From NCBI GenBank assembly GCA_030141605.1, contig JAQGDQ010000640.1, positions 56,402 to 120,401 on the forward strand: 64,000 bases of DNA, given 5' to 3'. The position numbers were made by a program, and so were the translations under genes. This stretch comes from Tubiluchus corallicola (Eukaryota > Animalia > Priapulida). The notes beneath the pieces were generated by a model that was given only the letters and a program-made list of their open reading frames with translations, was not told the DNA's origin and made no database searches. Below are positions 1 to 50,800 of the stretch, piece after piece; the first letter of the stretch is position 1, and each line of letters begins with the position of its first letter.

Positions 1-310
1 TAGTCCAACAAACAAAAAATGTTTGGCATTAATTATCCAGTTATTTTTTTGCTATCAATCACTCTGCTGATACAATTATAATGTATTATTCACTTATTCT
101 GTCACCCACTAATATTATTCACATATTCTATCACCTGCCAATATTTACCGACTCAAGCAACAAAGCACCCTAAGAACAAGGTGAACAGTTGAACAACAGA
201 ATCATTTCTTAAGCTATGCAATACTTTTACATTTTTGAAAACTAAGGGCAACTTAGTTATGTTAAGTACAGGGTGCAAAAATGCTTTTTGCATCTCACAA
301 AGCATCTTAA

Positions 311-821
311 AGGTCAAATACAGCATACATTGTGAAATTTCAGTTTTACATAAAAAATAGAAAGAGAATGCTCTAACTAAGATTTTCTGATACTTTTAAC
401 ATTTTCAAGGTGGTTCATATAGGAGGAAAACTGGTAAGAAGGTTTCATTTCCGACTAAAGGCTGAAATTTGATTTTGCACGTTTTACTCCTTAGATGGCG
501 CCAGCAAAATTCAGTCCTTAGTTACGGCAGCATCTGTGTTTGGTTGTAATGCGTCAGATCTTGCCATGCAGCATTGTTTACAAGTTCAGTGTCACAGAAA
601 CAATGCGGTATCCAAATAAGCTGTTGTTAGCACAATTGTTTAGCATGCAGTTTTCCAAATTTTCATGAGCAAAACCGAACAAATGTTTAATGGTAATGCA
701 GCTTCGAGCCCATGCTTCTTTATGATGGAAACCATGATATTTAATAAAATTAGTGCTAAATATTAAGTTACAGCAAACTTTTTTAATTAAAGAAAACTTG
801 TTTTTACATTAAATTTGACCT
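311..821. mobile_element. Kolobok-like MITE (TTAA target site)
   Basis: TTAA|AGGTCAAAT ... ATTTGACCT|TTAA: short terminal inverted repeat with TTAA flanks. Confidence 0.6.
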
Positions 822-1117
822 TTAAGAAGTGCCAGACAGTAGTAAGCAATTCTGCTTCAATACATGTGCTAATTTATAATGGCAATAATTCCTATTTATG
901 TCTCACAAGCACTACTTCCTTTTGTTAACTTATTATAAGCATGCCGAAACAAACTTATTCTGGTCATTGTGGTTTCCGCTAATAAATAATTCCGAAAGTC
1001 TATGAATACCACGTAAACATTAGCATGTCAAATTTACACTAGCTAACGATAAATAGACTTCTCGTGATTCTCAAGAATCATCTCATCTTTCCTGTTAGCG
1101 TGAACTAAATAACATAC

Positions 1118-38451
<37,334 letters not shown>

Positions 38452-41400
38452 CCCTCAACTCCTTCAGCCCTGTAAAGAATATAAACCAAAGCTAATCAAC
38501 CAATCTGTCAGTCAACCAACCAACCACAGTACAGCTAACAGACTGTCAGCAATTCAATCATATTTAAATGCATGAAAGCACTACTAAATTGGTGTCAGAC
38601 AAATTTTGCATATCCACTGGGACTCATCTTTCTATTCGTCTTTTTGATAGGATCTCCTTCACACAGTACATCAATCACAAAATGAATAATCAGCTCATAA
38701 ATCACTATGTATATAATAAAAATTAAGTCAACAGTGAATCAATTCAGCACAAATCAGTGAATGAAAGAATCAATCAATCAGTCAACCAACAAATTTCAAT
38801 CAACCACCCAGGCTTTAAAATCAATGTTAATGTCATGCAATGAAGAATATTATTATACAAGAATTCGTAATACTATTATTATCAAGCCAGAGTTGCTACG
38901 TCCAGTCAATTAAATAACATATTATTGTCATTAAATATTAACAATTACAATATAGTAATAGCAAACTGCTGTCATTGTATCTTTGTGGAAGTGATGATTT
39001 TAATGTTGATGTTAACTGTAAAATTTTGACTGCATTAAAAATTACATTATGAGCACTAAGTGTGATCAGACTTTAAGATCACTTTCATGTATTTACAGTA
39101 AATTTTAAGTACTTAGCGACAGTTTTTGTTTATTGTTCAATAATATATTATTCATCGTGTCAGGTCTGCTAACTTTGTATATGTGTATGTCTTTGTTTGT
39201 ATTTATATTACTTTATTTTATCTGCACTCCTACCTGTACATACGTATGCACGGCGAGGGTTCGATTAGTTTTAAAAACTGTGTAATCTAAAACAAATAAA
39301 CTATGTTTTAAATTAATACCACCCCACCTCCCTCATCCCTAAGGAATCATTTATATATCTTCAGTGAAGGCCAAAATTCTGTGGTAAACTTGCTACAAGA
39401 GTAAATAACAGAATTCTAGCTGCGAGTTTCACCCCATCAGTCAGCAGCTGCTACCACCTCGGCAATGAAAAATGGTGCAGTCGGCCTCATTCACAAAACT
39501 GTTTGTTTGCAAAGTGCACTAAGCGAAACAGGAATGCAATATTAGAGTCCTGACCCGGCAGAAAGAAAATGCTACATTACTGGCTACATTGCTCTCATTG
39601 TTTAATGCCCCACCAATGAGCTCTGTGAAAAAAGTAAAACAAAAAACAAAAATTTGAACTTTCCAATTCTTCACTCTCCTTCACGAAGCTGTAAACTGAC
39701 AATTGTAACTATGTACTGAATACACCATAAGCTATAATTATTTTGTATGTTTCAGCTAAAAATCGTATAGATTCATTACTTTAAAAAAGCTTAAGATCAG
39801 ACAGCTGTAGCAAAAAAGATAGTTCAAGAACCGCAGGAAACTTTTTAATAAAACGTCTAGAACTGTTAACAATTTCTGTGCTGACTAATGTTAACTAATA
39901 CAAAACTATGCATACAACACGAAAGTTACATATTAAAATATTATGCGGCCTAACTGGCTTTGCATATATGCATGTAAGAAGAGAAACTCAACCAGTTTTT
40001 GTTTAGAATGTACAACTGTGCATTGCATTGCTTATGCCTTAAAATCTTCACTCTTACTTTTTTATCTATAAAATGTTTCTATATGACCATCTGCCAAAAA
40101 CTGGCATTTTCTAAATTCTTATGCAGCATCTTTGGCATAGCTAGAATTCATGTAAATCAAAATGTTCACCATGAGTTAACTAGTAAAGGTCTCATGCTTT
40201 ATAGGGTAACTGTAAATATCACAATACTAACATGAATATGTTGTGTTGCGAAGTCACAACTAGGCCATACAGGAAGAGTCTTTCCAGTTTTTTTCCCAAA
40301 AAATTCCTGAAAGTAGTAAATTCTGAATATTTTTCATACGCATCCTCGTCAGAGTTTTGTGCGTGAACATGAAACGAATTTTGTGGGGCATTTTCTGACT
40401 CATAAATTTCAAAGTTGATAAAGTTTTTTTGATTTTTGAGAAATTATAGAAGGTATAAATGTTGTTATGCTCTGACATAAATTCCTTTGAAAAGTGGCTC
40501 TGAGTAGGTTATTATCCTACTTTTTGTTGCCAAAATAAACACAGAAAAATTCACAGAAATTTTAAGCAAAACAAACAGCAGAAAATTAAGGCCATATTCA
40601 ATTTTTTCGTTTAACTAAATATAATTGATTAGCAAAATCTGCCTAAACTTTGCATTTTTTATTCAAAGTGGAACAGAGCTTGTGGAGAAAAAACATGTTA
40701 TAAAACAATTTGGAAAGCAATTATTCTTGAAAAATTTACATGACTTATGTCATGACTTTTTCGATTTCAAATGCAATACAAGGTCCATTCAAAAACTGTA
40801 TGCAAAACAGAACTCTCTGAATTGAAATAGATCTCCCCTAGACCTCAAATATCAGCACTTTTAAGCCTTTTCAAATTTTCCATTCAAAAATTCCATCCAA
40901 AACAAAACTTCTTAAAAACTGAACTGCACTTTTCAACTCCTTTCTGGTATTAAATGGAACACAGGTCAATTCAAAAACTCTATCCAAAACAAAACTTTTT
41001 TTAAAAATTGAAATGGATCTCCTTCCACTTCGAAAGCGGCCACCCACTGCTGGCAGAAATAAAAACCTTACAGTGGCTACTGACCACAAGGAGACCACAT
41101 ACTGATAAGGCGTGCCAGTAGATCCTAGAATAAACACCCAGTGTAAACAGTGAGGCTGCTGGTCACAAAGCCTTCCCAACATTTAGCAAAAGCCCAGTGT
41201 TTCCCAATACACTTGAACTGTGTGGATTGCAGAGCACAAGGGTCACAGTAGGAATTATGCAGACTTTACAATATGGAAGTACGTGTGGAAGGGTCTCGGA
41301 ACAAGAAAGCAGCATCACAGTTCGAGTGTATGTGTGGCATGAACCTGTATTTTTATGTAAGTTTGTCACAAACGACTCAAAATAACTTGCCAGCAGAGCA

Positions 41401-42784
41401 CTTCACATAATAACCAGATATAAGTGATGAAGTTTATCAGTGACAAATATTTTATGCAAGTAACAGCCACGTACTTTTATAATTTCATCAAAAAATTGCA
41501 AGACTTGCGTGATATTAGACCGTGTTTACAATCATGTAATGAATCTTATAATCTAAACTGCTTTCGTTATTTGAAATAAATGGCCTATTCAAATATTAAT
41601 CAAGAGGAATCGAGTTGAGCTGCAAGCGGTAAGTTTTCAGCAAAAGCGAAAACCTAGCCAATTTCAGTCTTCCAAATCGCATTTTTTACACTGTTCGACA
41701 CACTGTACAGCCAGCATTCAATGGCAGGACTTAACTACTTTTTATATTTAATGGTAGTAACCGAAAAAGCATCTAGCTAATTATCAGGAATAATCCTGCA
41801 AAAGTAAGATGAAAGAGGAACTGGCACGTGTCTCAATCACGTTAGAGTTAGGCAGGTGCAGTCGATTCTGTTAGCGATCACTTTGCCATTTACTAATCGG
41901 GCCCAGCTACGCTTTAATTTGATTACTAAGCACACCTTGTGATCATTTGGTATAGATGCATTTTTAATTTACACCAGACCAAAAATTCCACATTCTAAAC
42001 TTTATGTTAATATGCTCCAAGTAAACCAATGAATGGCTGCTGTGGGAGCCCTATAAATTAAATAACTGTACATCTTTTTCAAATATTGCATCTGCAAATA
42101 AAAATTTCATTTTGCACTATATAAGATACACTTGTTGTTGCACAAATTTATTGGTTTGTTCAAGAGGCGTATATGACGGCATAATAACATTTTTGTTCAT
42201 TTTTGGCAGCATAGTAAATCCTTAACAAATATTGTTGCACATCACAAATGGCATTTTTCAATTTTATTTGAAGCTGGAAACTGCCTTGTTTCCATTCTTA
42301 ATGGCAAAACGCCAGCTTTAAATTGTGAAAATAAAAAACTCTTGATGTCATGAGAATGACGTAAGTGGCCATACATAGTTAGATAGTTTTAATGTATGTG
42401 CAAAGATGATGCATGCTTTAATCTGAGTCTAGGAATTACTTGTGATTTCTTTATAATTTAAAGAGCATGTCCTATACTTTTGTAAAAGTTGTTGTTACAC
42501 GCACTACTTACTAAGAAATCCAATGTTGACAGTTGCAACACAGTTTTTCACAAACTTTTATTTTCTCACTTTCAAGTTATATGTTAAAATTTGGCATCTA
42601 TCTTAAACGTTACAGCGCAGCATAGCGAATACGAGTTCACACCAAAGACTACGTGAAACACACGTATCGAGCCGGCCCCAGAAAACAGCAACTGAGTAAA
42701 ACCAGATAAACAAACAAGTATGGGTCTTATTAAACAAGACTTACTGAAAAAATATACTTGGGAAACGATGCAGATCTACATTAC

Positions 42785-42912
42785 CTCACTCCCAAATGAT
42801 ATAAATGCTAGGCAATTAATCCAGAATCACTAAAATTTCAAGAAATTTGTACACACAAACAACTCTACCACCACCACACAAAACTTCGTGGTTTGCAGCA
42901 TCCGTGACGTCA
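42785..42912 (-). promoter_or_regulatory. Putative laminin beta promoter and non-coding first exon
   Basis: Donor-like GAG|GTAATG at 42784; perfect CRE palindrome TGACGTCA at 42905-42912 in a CpG-containing patch. The start-codon exon has an acceptor, so an upstream exon is required. Confidence 0.4.
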
Positions 42913-43068
42913 TCGCCAGTGGCGCCATCCGTTGTGAGTAATTTAACACTTTTACTCAGTCATTGCAAAGCAACATAAATATAACTATAATATTTTTCAT
43001 TGCAGTATGAAAAGAAAGAATAAACTACGGTAACACAGAAAAACGCAATATGAGCATTCATTTCATTT

Positions 43069-43074
43069 TTTATT
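43069..43074 (-). terminator. Candidate polyadenylation signal for SPF45
   Basis: AATAAA on the minus strand followed by U/GU-rich sequence, 1.7 kb after the stop codon; other sites are possible. Confidence 0.35.
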
Positions 43075-44797
43075 GAAATAAACGTTGTATAACGTCATAA
43101 TAACATTTACACCATATATAGCAAATAGGCATCGGCAAAATAGCTATTATTTTAGCTAATGTTTTATGTTATCATTACAAACTCGCCTGATAATAACTGA
43201 TAATTACTACTACTACATAACAGCAACATCAAGCCAAAGCGCTACTGAAGTACTGAAGATGGTATAATGTGAAATGTAATCTTGGAAAAATGAGTAGCGA
43301 ATAGTAATCTGGTGTGGCAGCTGTTCTTGGTATATTTAATTTATTTTATAACTTCCAAGAAATCCAAGTTTTACAATAAAAAGAGGAGACCATGGCTACC
43401 TCAGCAGTTGCAATTTCTAATCATTAGCACTGCCCAACACAAAAATTGTTTAATGCCAAAATTCACATTAAAATTAATAACAAAGGTTTGCTAACAACGG
43501 AAAGCAAGAATACCACAAGCACAAATAGTTTTACAAACGAAAACAAAACGACAGCCTCCAAAATTTCATTTCTAGCTGTATCTTCAAAATCATAAATGTA
43601 GAAGCATCAAATATAAATGTTAAACAGGGATGGACTGGTCCATAAGACCCAAGACACCTGAGGGAAAAGAAAAAATTTTAGAGTCAAAACTTTGGGCTTC
43701 AGGAGAGGTAGTGGTTTGAAACCGTTTTCTGTTCCTGCCACACCTTGAAATTTCCGGCTAAAAGAATGCACACTTAAATATGTTCAGGATTTTTTGGTAA
43801 CCTGTGAAATAGGCATCCCTTTTGAAAAAGCACCAAAGACTAAACCTCAAAAGGCCCATGCGAGCTTGGAAGCAAGACCTTAATAGCCAATCCAGGCATA
43901 ATTTTAAATGTGCATACCTGGCATGGTTTTCTCATGTTGGCTTTCTAGAGTTTGCATGGCTTTCTAGATGTTAGCAACTAAAAATTCACCAACTTATCCA
44001 ACATATATATTTATTTCTCGTCCAATGCTCACAAATTATATGATTTTGGTAAAGCGCAGGCAGCATTAAACGGTCCTAAAAAAGGAATAAAATTAAAGTC
44101 GCATGCAGCACATAACCAGGGTGAATGAGTGGTTTGTTTGTTGCTAATGTGTTACTGGCAGCCATGATAAACATGGTTATTTAATGTTTCTGTAACATAT
44201 CCAAATAATTTTTTGCAAATTATAACAAAAATTTTTTGAGTAGCATTCACCTCTTCCAGCCATGCTGTATACTAAGTTAAGTGCATAAAATGCTTTTGTT
44301 CAACCCCCATAGGTGAAGACATCTAGCACAGACTATAGCTGCATGAATTTTTAGTTGACACGTCAAAAGTACTAGTCTTTTATCATTCCTGGAAACTGTC
44401 ACAGATCATTTGATTCACAGAACTGCATGACAGCTTCTTTTCATCGCTGGTACACAGAATTAAAACTCACTTTTGGTACAACTCATGCCAAATCGAATTA
44501 AGTACAGTCCACCATTCATCCAGATGAAAGTGCACATTTCAAAGAGCAGTACGATCAACCAAATATATCTGCAGTAATCATTACAAGTGAAAATATACAC
44601 ACCGTTCTTCTCATCAATTTCAATCCAAGAGCACTGTCTGATCTACCTTCTTTAGTTTATCTATTATAGTTTATTTTCTCATACGTTTTAAAATACCAGC
44701 TACTTCAATACTACTGGCACAACATACAAAAAACCCATTGTTGTAAGTTAGACAAAGTCACTTTAGCGTCAGTATTCACAAGCGTGCACTTTGGCAC

Positions 44798-44895
44798 TTA
44801 ATCGCCAAGCTGTAATGTCCGAAATTTATCTAAGTTGTAGAAGCCGGCTTTTACGACACGTCCACCAAAATATCGGCCATTTAGATCAACAACAG
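44798..44895 (-). CDS. RBM17: SPF45 exon 10 (end of UHM, stop codon)
   Basis: VVDLNGRYFGGRVVKAGFYNLDKFRTLQLGD*. Confidence 0.95.
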
Positions 44896-47800
44896 CTGAA
44901 ATAAAACCAAAGAAAACTCTTTTTAATTGAAATAACTGACAAAAAATACAAAATTAATTACACTCCTAAACACATATCTGGCAAGCACATAACAGGAGAA
45001 TAGAAAAACAGTCATGGTCTACTCTTAGCAACCAAAGCTCAGCAACAAGCTTTGTTACCAAATGGATGGGCGACCATCAGCAAAACTGCTTCTGAGTGGC
45101 CTCATATTAGTTAAAGGAACACCAGACGATTGTTTAGACTCAATCTCATTTTAATTTACTGTCCAAAATATACATTATCTTGCCTACAAAAGTTAACAAT
45201 TGTACCTTATATTTAAATAATTAGCTTAGAAAGTTAATCAACGGCAATCGAACACAGCTAATGCTTACGTCAGAAACTAACTACAGTTTGTGCAATGGCA
45301 GGCGTCTTCCCTTGCGCGTCAAGCACATTTGCATAGGTGTTACAGTACTGTTTAAATGTATGATGTCATGAAAAATGGGGTCTACGTCATAAAACCAAAA
45401 CAGCAGTTCATGATCATGGTTATCACGGTACCGCCTTCTATTTGTCGGCCAAGCGAATGTGACAAAAAGGTGCCGCTGCCAATCTTAGTAGATTCACTGA
45501 GCCGCGTGTAGCTTTGAAAGTTTAACAAAATTTGAGTATCCGAGGATATTATTATTTAATCTAAGCTTTGATTTAAAATAAGCTATTGTAGTTTTCAATA
45601 TTTTACAGCATTCTTCATTCTGAACTCGTGTTTACACAATCGTCCGGTTTTCCTTTGATACAATACACCTGAAAATGGTATTTGTTTATTGCATGGAACT
45701 ACATGCAGTAAACAGTTAACCACAGATAAAGGCATAATAAACACAAATAAGCAGATCCAATATTAAAAATAAAAAACATCCTTGATGATAAACTAACCTA
45801 GCCACTGGGGGGGGGGGGGGGCAAGCCAGCCCAACTCAGTGCCGGTCCCAAGCCCAGATAAATAGGGAGGGTTAGGGTCAGGAAGGGCATTCGCCTTTAA
45901 AAACTGCGCCAAAACCTTCTATGAATGAGTCGGTGAGACTTAAAGGGAAAGTCCACAAAGAAGTGGTCAGACCCGCTCTAATCTATAGGCTGGAAGCAGT
46001 TTCTCTAAAGAAGACCGAAGAGAAGAAATAATAATACCAGAGGAACAGTAAAAGTAGTGGAAGCCTCGCAAGATTGCGATGGCATGGACACCTGAAAAGA
46101 AGAGTCGGTGAAGATCTTGTGGGAATTGAAGACATAAATGAAGAGATGGTCAACAACAGGAATGCGTGGGAAGACTCATTCACAATGGTGACCCCGAATA
46201 GGGAAAAGCTGGGAAGAAAAAGAAGATCCTTCATGATAAACTACCTTTGATAGCAGCCTCCACACGGTCAAATTCTATGAAAATTCTCACCGCCTCATCA
46301 TCTGGATTGTCGGGTATCTAGAAAAAAAAACAGAAAAATAATCATATACAATTCATTTACGAGATTCATAGTACGCAAGAAGAGTACTGTACAAAAATGT
46401 CAGTTCAGGAAAATGCATTGTAATTTATAAGCTGGTAGATACTTTGTAATCCACATTGGAAGGCATAACTAATTAAAATCAAGCCAAAAACTTTTCATTT
46501 TTTGGCTTTGGCCAGAATTACCACAAAATTTTGCAATGTTCAATACGGTAACCTATTTGTACTGTTCTAGATCAGTTCGTCTTTGTAAACCAGAGCTTTG
46601 AAGCATAAATTTCACAGTCTGGTCATTTTAATTTTTATATTCAGTCTCAGCAAGGCTGGGACATAAAATTGGCAATTTTTCAAATGTGGGCTGATAACAC
46701 AGGGCAAAACTGTGCAAGAAACTATTGTGCAACTCAAAACTTGACAGTAAAAGCAACCATAGTTTTGCAAACCTCAAATATTAAACATTTCACCACACGT
46801 CCATATTTGGAACATTCCTCTGCCGTCTCAGGTTCCAAGTCATCATCCACTTCCCCCGGTCCTACCATATTGCGCAATAACACAACCTTGGACGGATTGC
46901 GCATTGCCACAGTTATGCTTTCCCCTTGACCCCTAGGAGGTTCCATACTGCCTGCTTCTGCAGTGGGTAAAGGGCTAAAAACTGATGGTGCTAAAACAAA
47001 TTAAACAGCTTATTAGTCTCTACTAGCACACCACAAGCGGTTCACACAATGTCATTTTTCGTTAACGAGTGTTAGAAAAATTAGTGTTAGAAAGTACAAA
47101 GCAAAAAACAACACTAACAACAGCAACTAATTTAAGTAATTTCATGTCTGACTACCAAAAGTGGGCATTACAAATTTGTAAAAACCAGAAAGGAAATAAT
47201 TTTATTTTACATTAAAAATAAAAAGAAACTGTGTATAAAAACCATGTATAAAACCGTATGTTTACTGTAGAGCAAAGTTGGAGTTGCCTGTTGCTACCCA
47301 ATCTGGAAAACTGTTACGTAAAAACAAAAATAAATTTGCTGTTTACTCAATGACAACTCCATTACTTTTGCAATAAATGGGCCCATGTTCTCACACACCA
47401 AGTCATATTAAAGTGCCAAGTGCCAGTCTGTAAGGGCACCACTTGGCACCGGTAATTACAGTCTTCATTGTGATAAAATAAGTGTTTTCAATTTTAGAAG
47501 TGCCACCTGAACACTTTACTTTGTCTTAAGAAACGATTTATGGGAGTAATTTTGGATAAGATATTAAAAATGACAACTATTAGTTTACCTTTTGGTACAT
47601 CCTTTTCGTGGATTATCTTTCCACCTCTTTTGCTAGTTTTCTCGACCTGTAGTGCCTGGCTCATGCCCTGTTCAGTCTTTCCCAGGCCTTGTCCTTCTTT
47701 GAAACCATATTTAGCCATAATCTTGGCTGCCACAGATCCGCTGCAAAAAGTCTTGCAATTGTATCACATTTCACAGCAAACATACGAAAGTCAAACGATT

Positions 47801-50800
47801 TATCAACAGAATTCGTACAATTCACTATAATATTCATGAATGGCAAAGTTCCAACACACTCGAGTCATTATTATTTCCGATAAGAAAACACCATGAGCCA
47901 TAAGCATGTATGACTCAGCCACACATGATTAAAACAACGTGATAAAAACAAAAATATTTGACAAAAATACAATAAGGTTTATGAAAATGTGAGCACTGTC
48001 AAATGTTGCCATGTGAGAAAGGATATCCTTGACATTTGCTTTAAATCTCAAATATTTCAGGTCCGCAAATGTGACAAAGAGCTGCTGTGTTTCGGAAGTA
48101 TGACAAATGTTGCAAAGCTAATACTTTCAATATGTCTATAAATCCAAAATATTGTGATAAAATGATGAAGGTATTTAGGAGAAAATTTACATTAGCTTAG
48201 TAGTTTTTTATTGCTGCCTTTTTTTAAGCTCAAAGTAATCAAAGAATTTAGTTCCCTATTGCCTCAATTACAGTCTAATTCTACTTTCTTGTGAAAAACT
48301 ACAAAGCTGGAAACTATACAGTCACATACCCTAGAGATGGGGCAAAGTTGCTGCCAGGACGTTGATCTTCTTCCAATTTAACAGCTGTAGAAAAGGAAAA
48401 AAGAAAATTAACAGGTAAATTGTACAGAGTGTACAAATTGCACAAATGCAACTTTGTAATAAAGGTTTAGCAAGGTAAATTTATATTCCACAACATTGAA
48501 GACTGATTACACACTCAAAGCATTAGAGTTGTGCATAAAGGGTTAGGAAAAAAGTACATAAAGAAGGGCTGATAACAGACAGCCAGAGTGTAAGACATTG
48601 TAAAGCGGTTTCTGACTAGAAAAGTGAGAACAATGTTGCCTTTCTATGGATGCCTATACGTATTACGCATAGTAAGCTACAGTTAGGTAAATGGTGTCGA
48701 AAGAAGGGCTGAGATGTCTATTCATGTGTGTTTTAAACAGCTTTAAATTGTAATCGCAGGGTAAAAGACAATACACTGCAGACAGTTGCATAGTCTGTAC
48801 TAATACGACTCTAAAATGTATGCAACTCTAGACAGAAATTAATGCTAATTATGAACCTATGATGCTGATGTTACAATTTTACCATACCTAGCTGGTAACT
48901 ACTAACATATGCGTATAGACTTACAAATACCTAACTATTACTTCAGTGAGAATGAGTAAACAGGCAATTTTTCACTTTAATTTTTTTTCTTCAGTTTAGT
49001 GACATGTACAAAAATGCCATAAAAATTATAGTTCCTACGTTTAATGTCTTCCATTAGCGAAGGAGGGGGAGCAATAGCAGCCCCACTTCCCTTCCTGGAT
49101 GGCTGTCGATCATATTCTTCTTCCTCGTCCCGCCGTCGACTGAATTCCCGGCTCTCACGTGGTGGTCGACCCGTTTCTGCTGCCATCATCCTCTGATGTC
49201 TTTCCATTCGTTCCCTTCTTCGCCTATTAAAACATGATATAATAAAATAAAAATTTAAATAGCTAAACCTTTAAATGAAAAACTGTATTATCTTGTCACA
49301 GATTACGCATCAATAGTTAACAACACACACACATGCCATGCACACGCATGCATACAAGAGCATACACTTACGTGAAAACAAGACATTTTAACACAACAAG
49401 ATAACACAGTTTTACTCCACATTCACTAGTCCACATACTTAGGGCCATCCACATACAGCACTATCAAGTTTTCGGGTGATTTCAAGGACTTACCTACCTT
49501 GCGAATAACGACATTATCATATGTCCCACCACTCACCTACCCCTTATACTGATATCGATATCACACTGATTTAGCTTTTTGTACATTTCATTTTTCCTCC
49601 TCCCAACGAAATGCAGCAACATCACTTGTGTTAATAACAGGAAACCATCAGTGGATTTTGCTGGCATTGGCAGTGGAGTTGTAAGCAGCTGGCGCACAAG
49701 TGTGAAAAAAACGTGAAGTCAGATAACAATATCATGATTAAATCACCTAGCTACCTTGCGTCATAATGGCGTTATCATGTCTCCTGCTATCGGCCTACCC
49801 TAAACTTGAAATCTTTATATGTGGATGGCTTACAGCTACTTTCTACTGAAAAAATCTATTGTAAAATAATCAGTAAAGTTACTTTGAAAGTAACAATTAC
49901 TTTAATTTCACTTTATTATTATTATTAAAATTATTAAAAATCAATTAATTGCAAAATGTTTCACTCAGAACTGATATGACTACGTCTCATGAACACTAGA
50001 TTACTACCAAAATTTGATTTATGACAACCGTTTATTGTCAAATGCAATTTTTAGTTAATTTTTATCAAGATTGACCTTATTTTGTTGCCAGGTAATTAAA
50101 TTACATGTATATTCTTTTCTCTGGATTATATAGAATATGTCATAATTTTAAAAATTACTAATGTTTCCAAAATTAAACTGATAACATTAATGCGCACAAG
50201 TGTCTAAAAATCTTTTTATCTATATTCGGTAAAGGATAGCAGACTAGCTGACTTTATAGTCTTTTCGCTATCCTTTCTCTAGTTCTAGATCTATATATTT
50301 TAACCATTTTTCAAAATTTATTAGAGATTCTTTTATTAATCATGTTTTATTGTAACACTATAAAGAGATAAATTGAAATTGAAAAAAAAATTGAACCGGA
50401 ACCACTAATCAAATTTTGATAAGACAACAACACTGGTAACAACAGATTGCAGTGCGGTTGCAGTTCCATACCTGTCACGGTTCTCCATTTCCCTTTGCCG
50501 TTCTCTCTCCTCTCGTCTTTCTTTTATGATTTTCTCGTAATCGTGTGGCCACAAAGGGTCATACTCATTGGGAATGTCCAGCACGTCGTCGCACGGAGCA
50601 GGACGAGCATGCCCCACATCATCGTCGAAAATATTCTGATTCCCAACCTTTCAAAAATGTGAATGAAAAATCAAGCAAAAACTTCCAAGCAGTAACATCA
50701 TTATTTTACCAGAAAGTTACTACTTCTAAGCAAATCCATAGTAACTGTGTCCTTAGTCTAAACCTTAGTCTTAGGATTTAGTGATGATCACAAAAATGTA

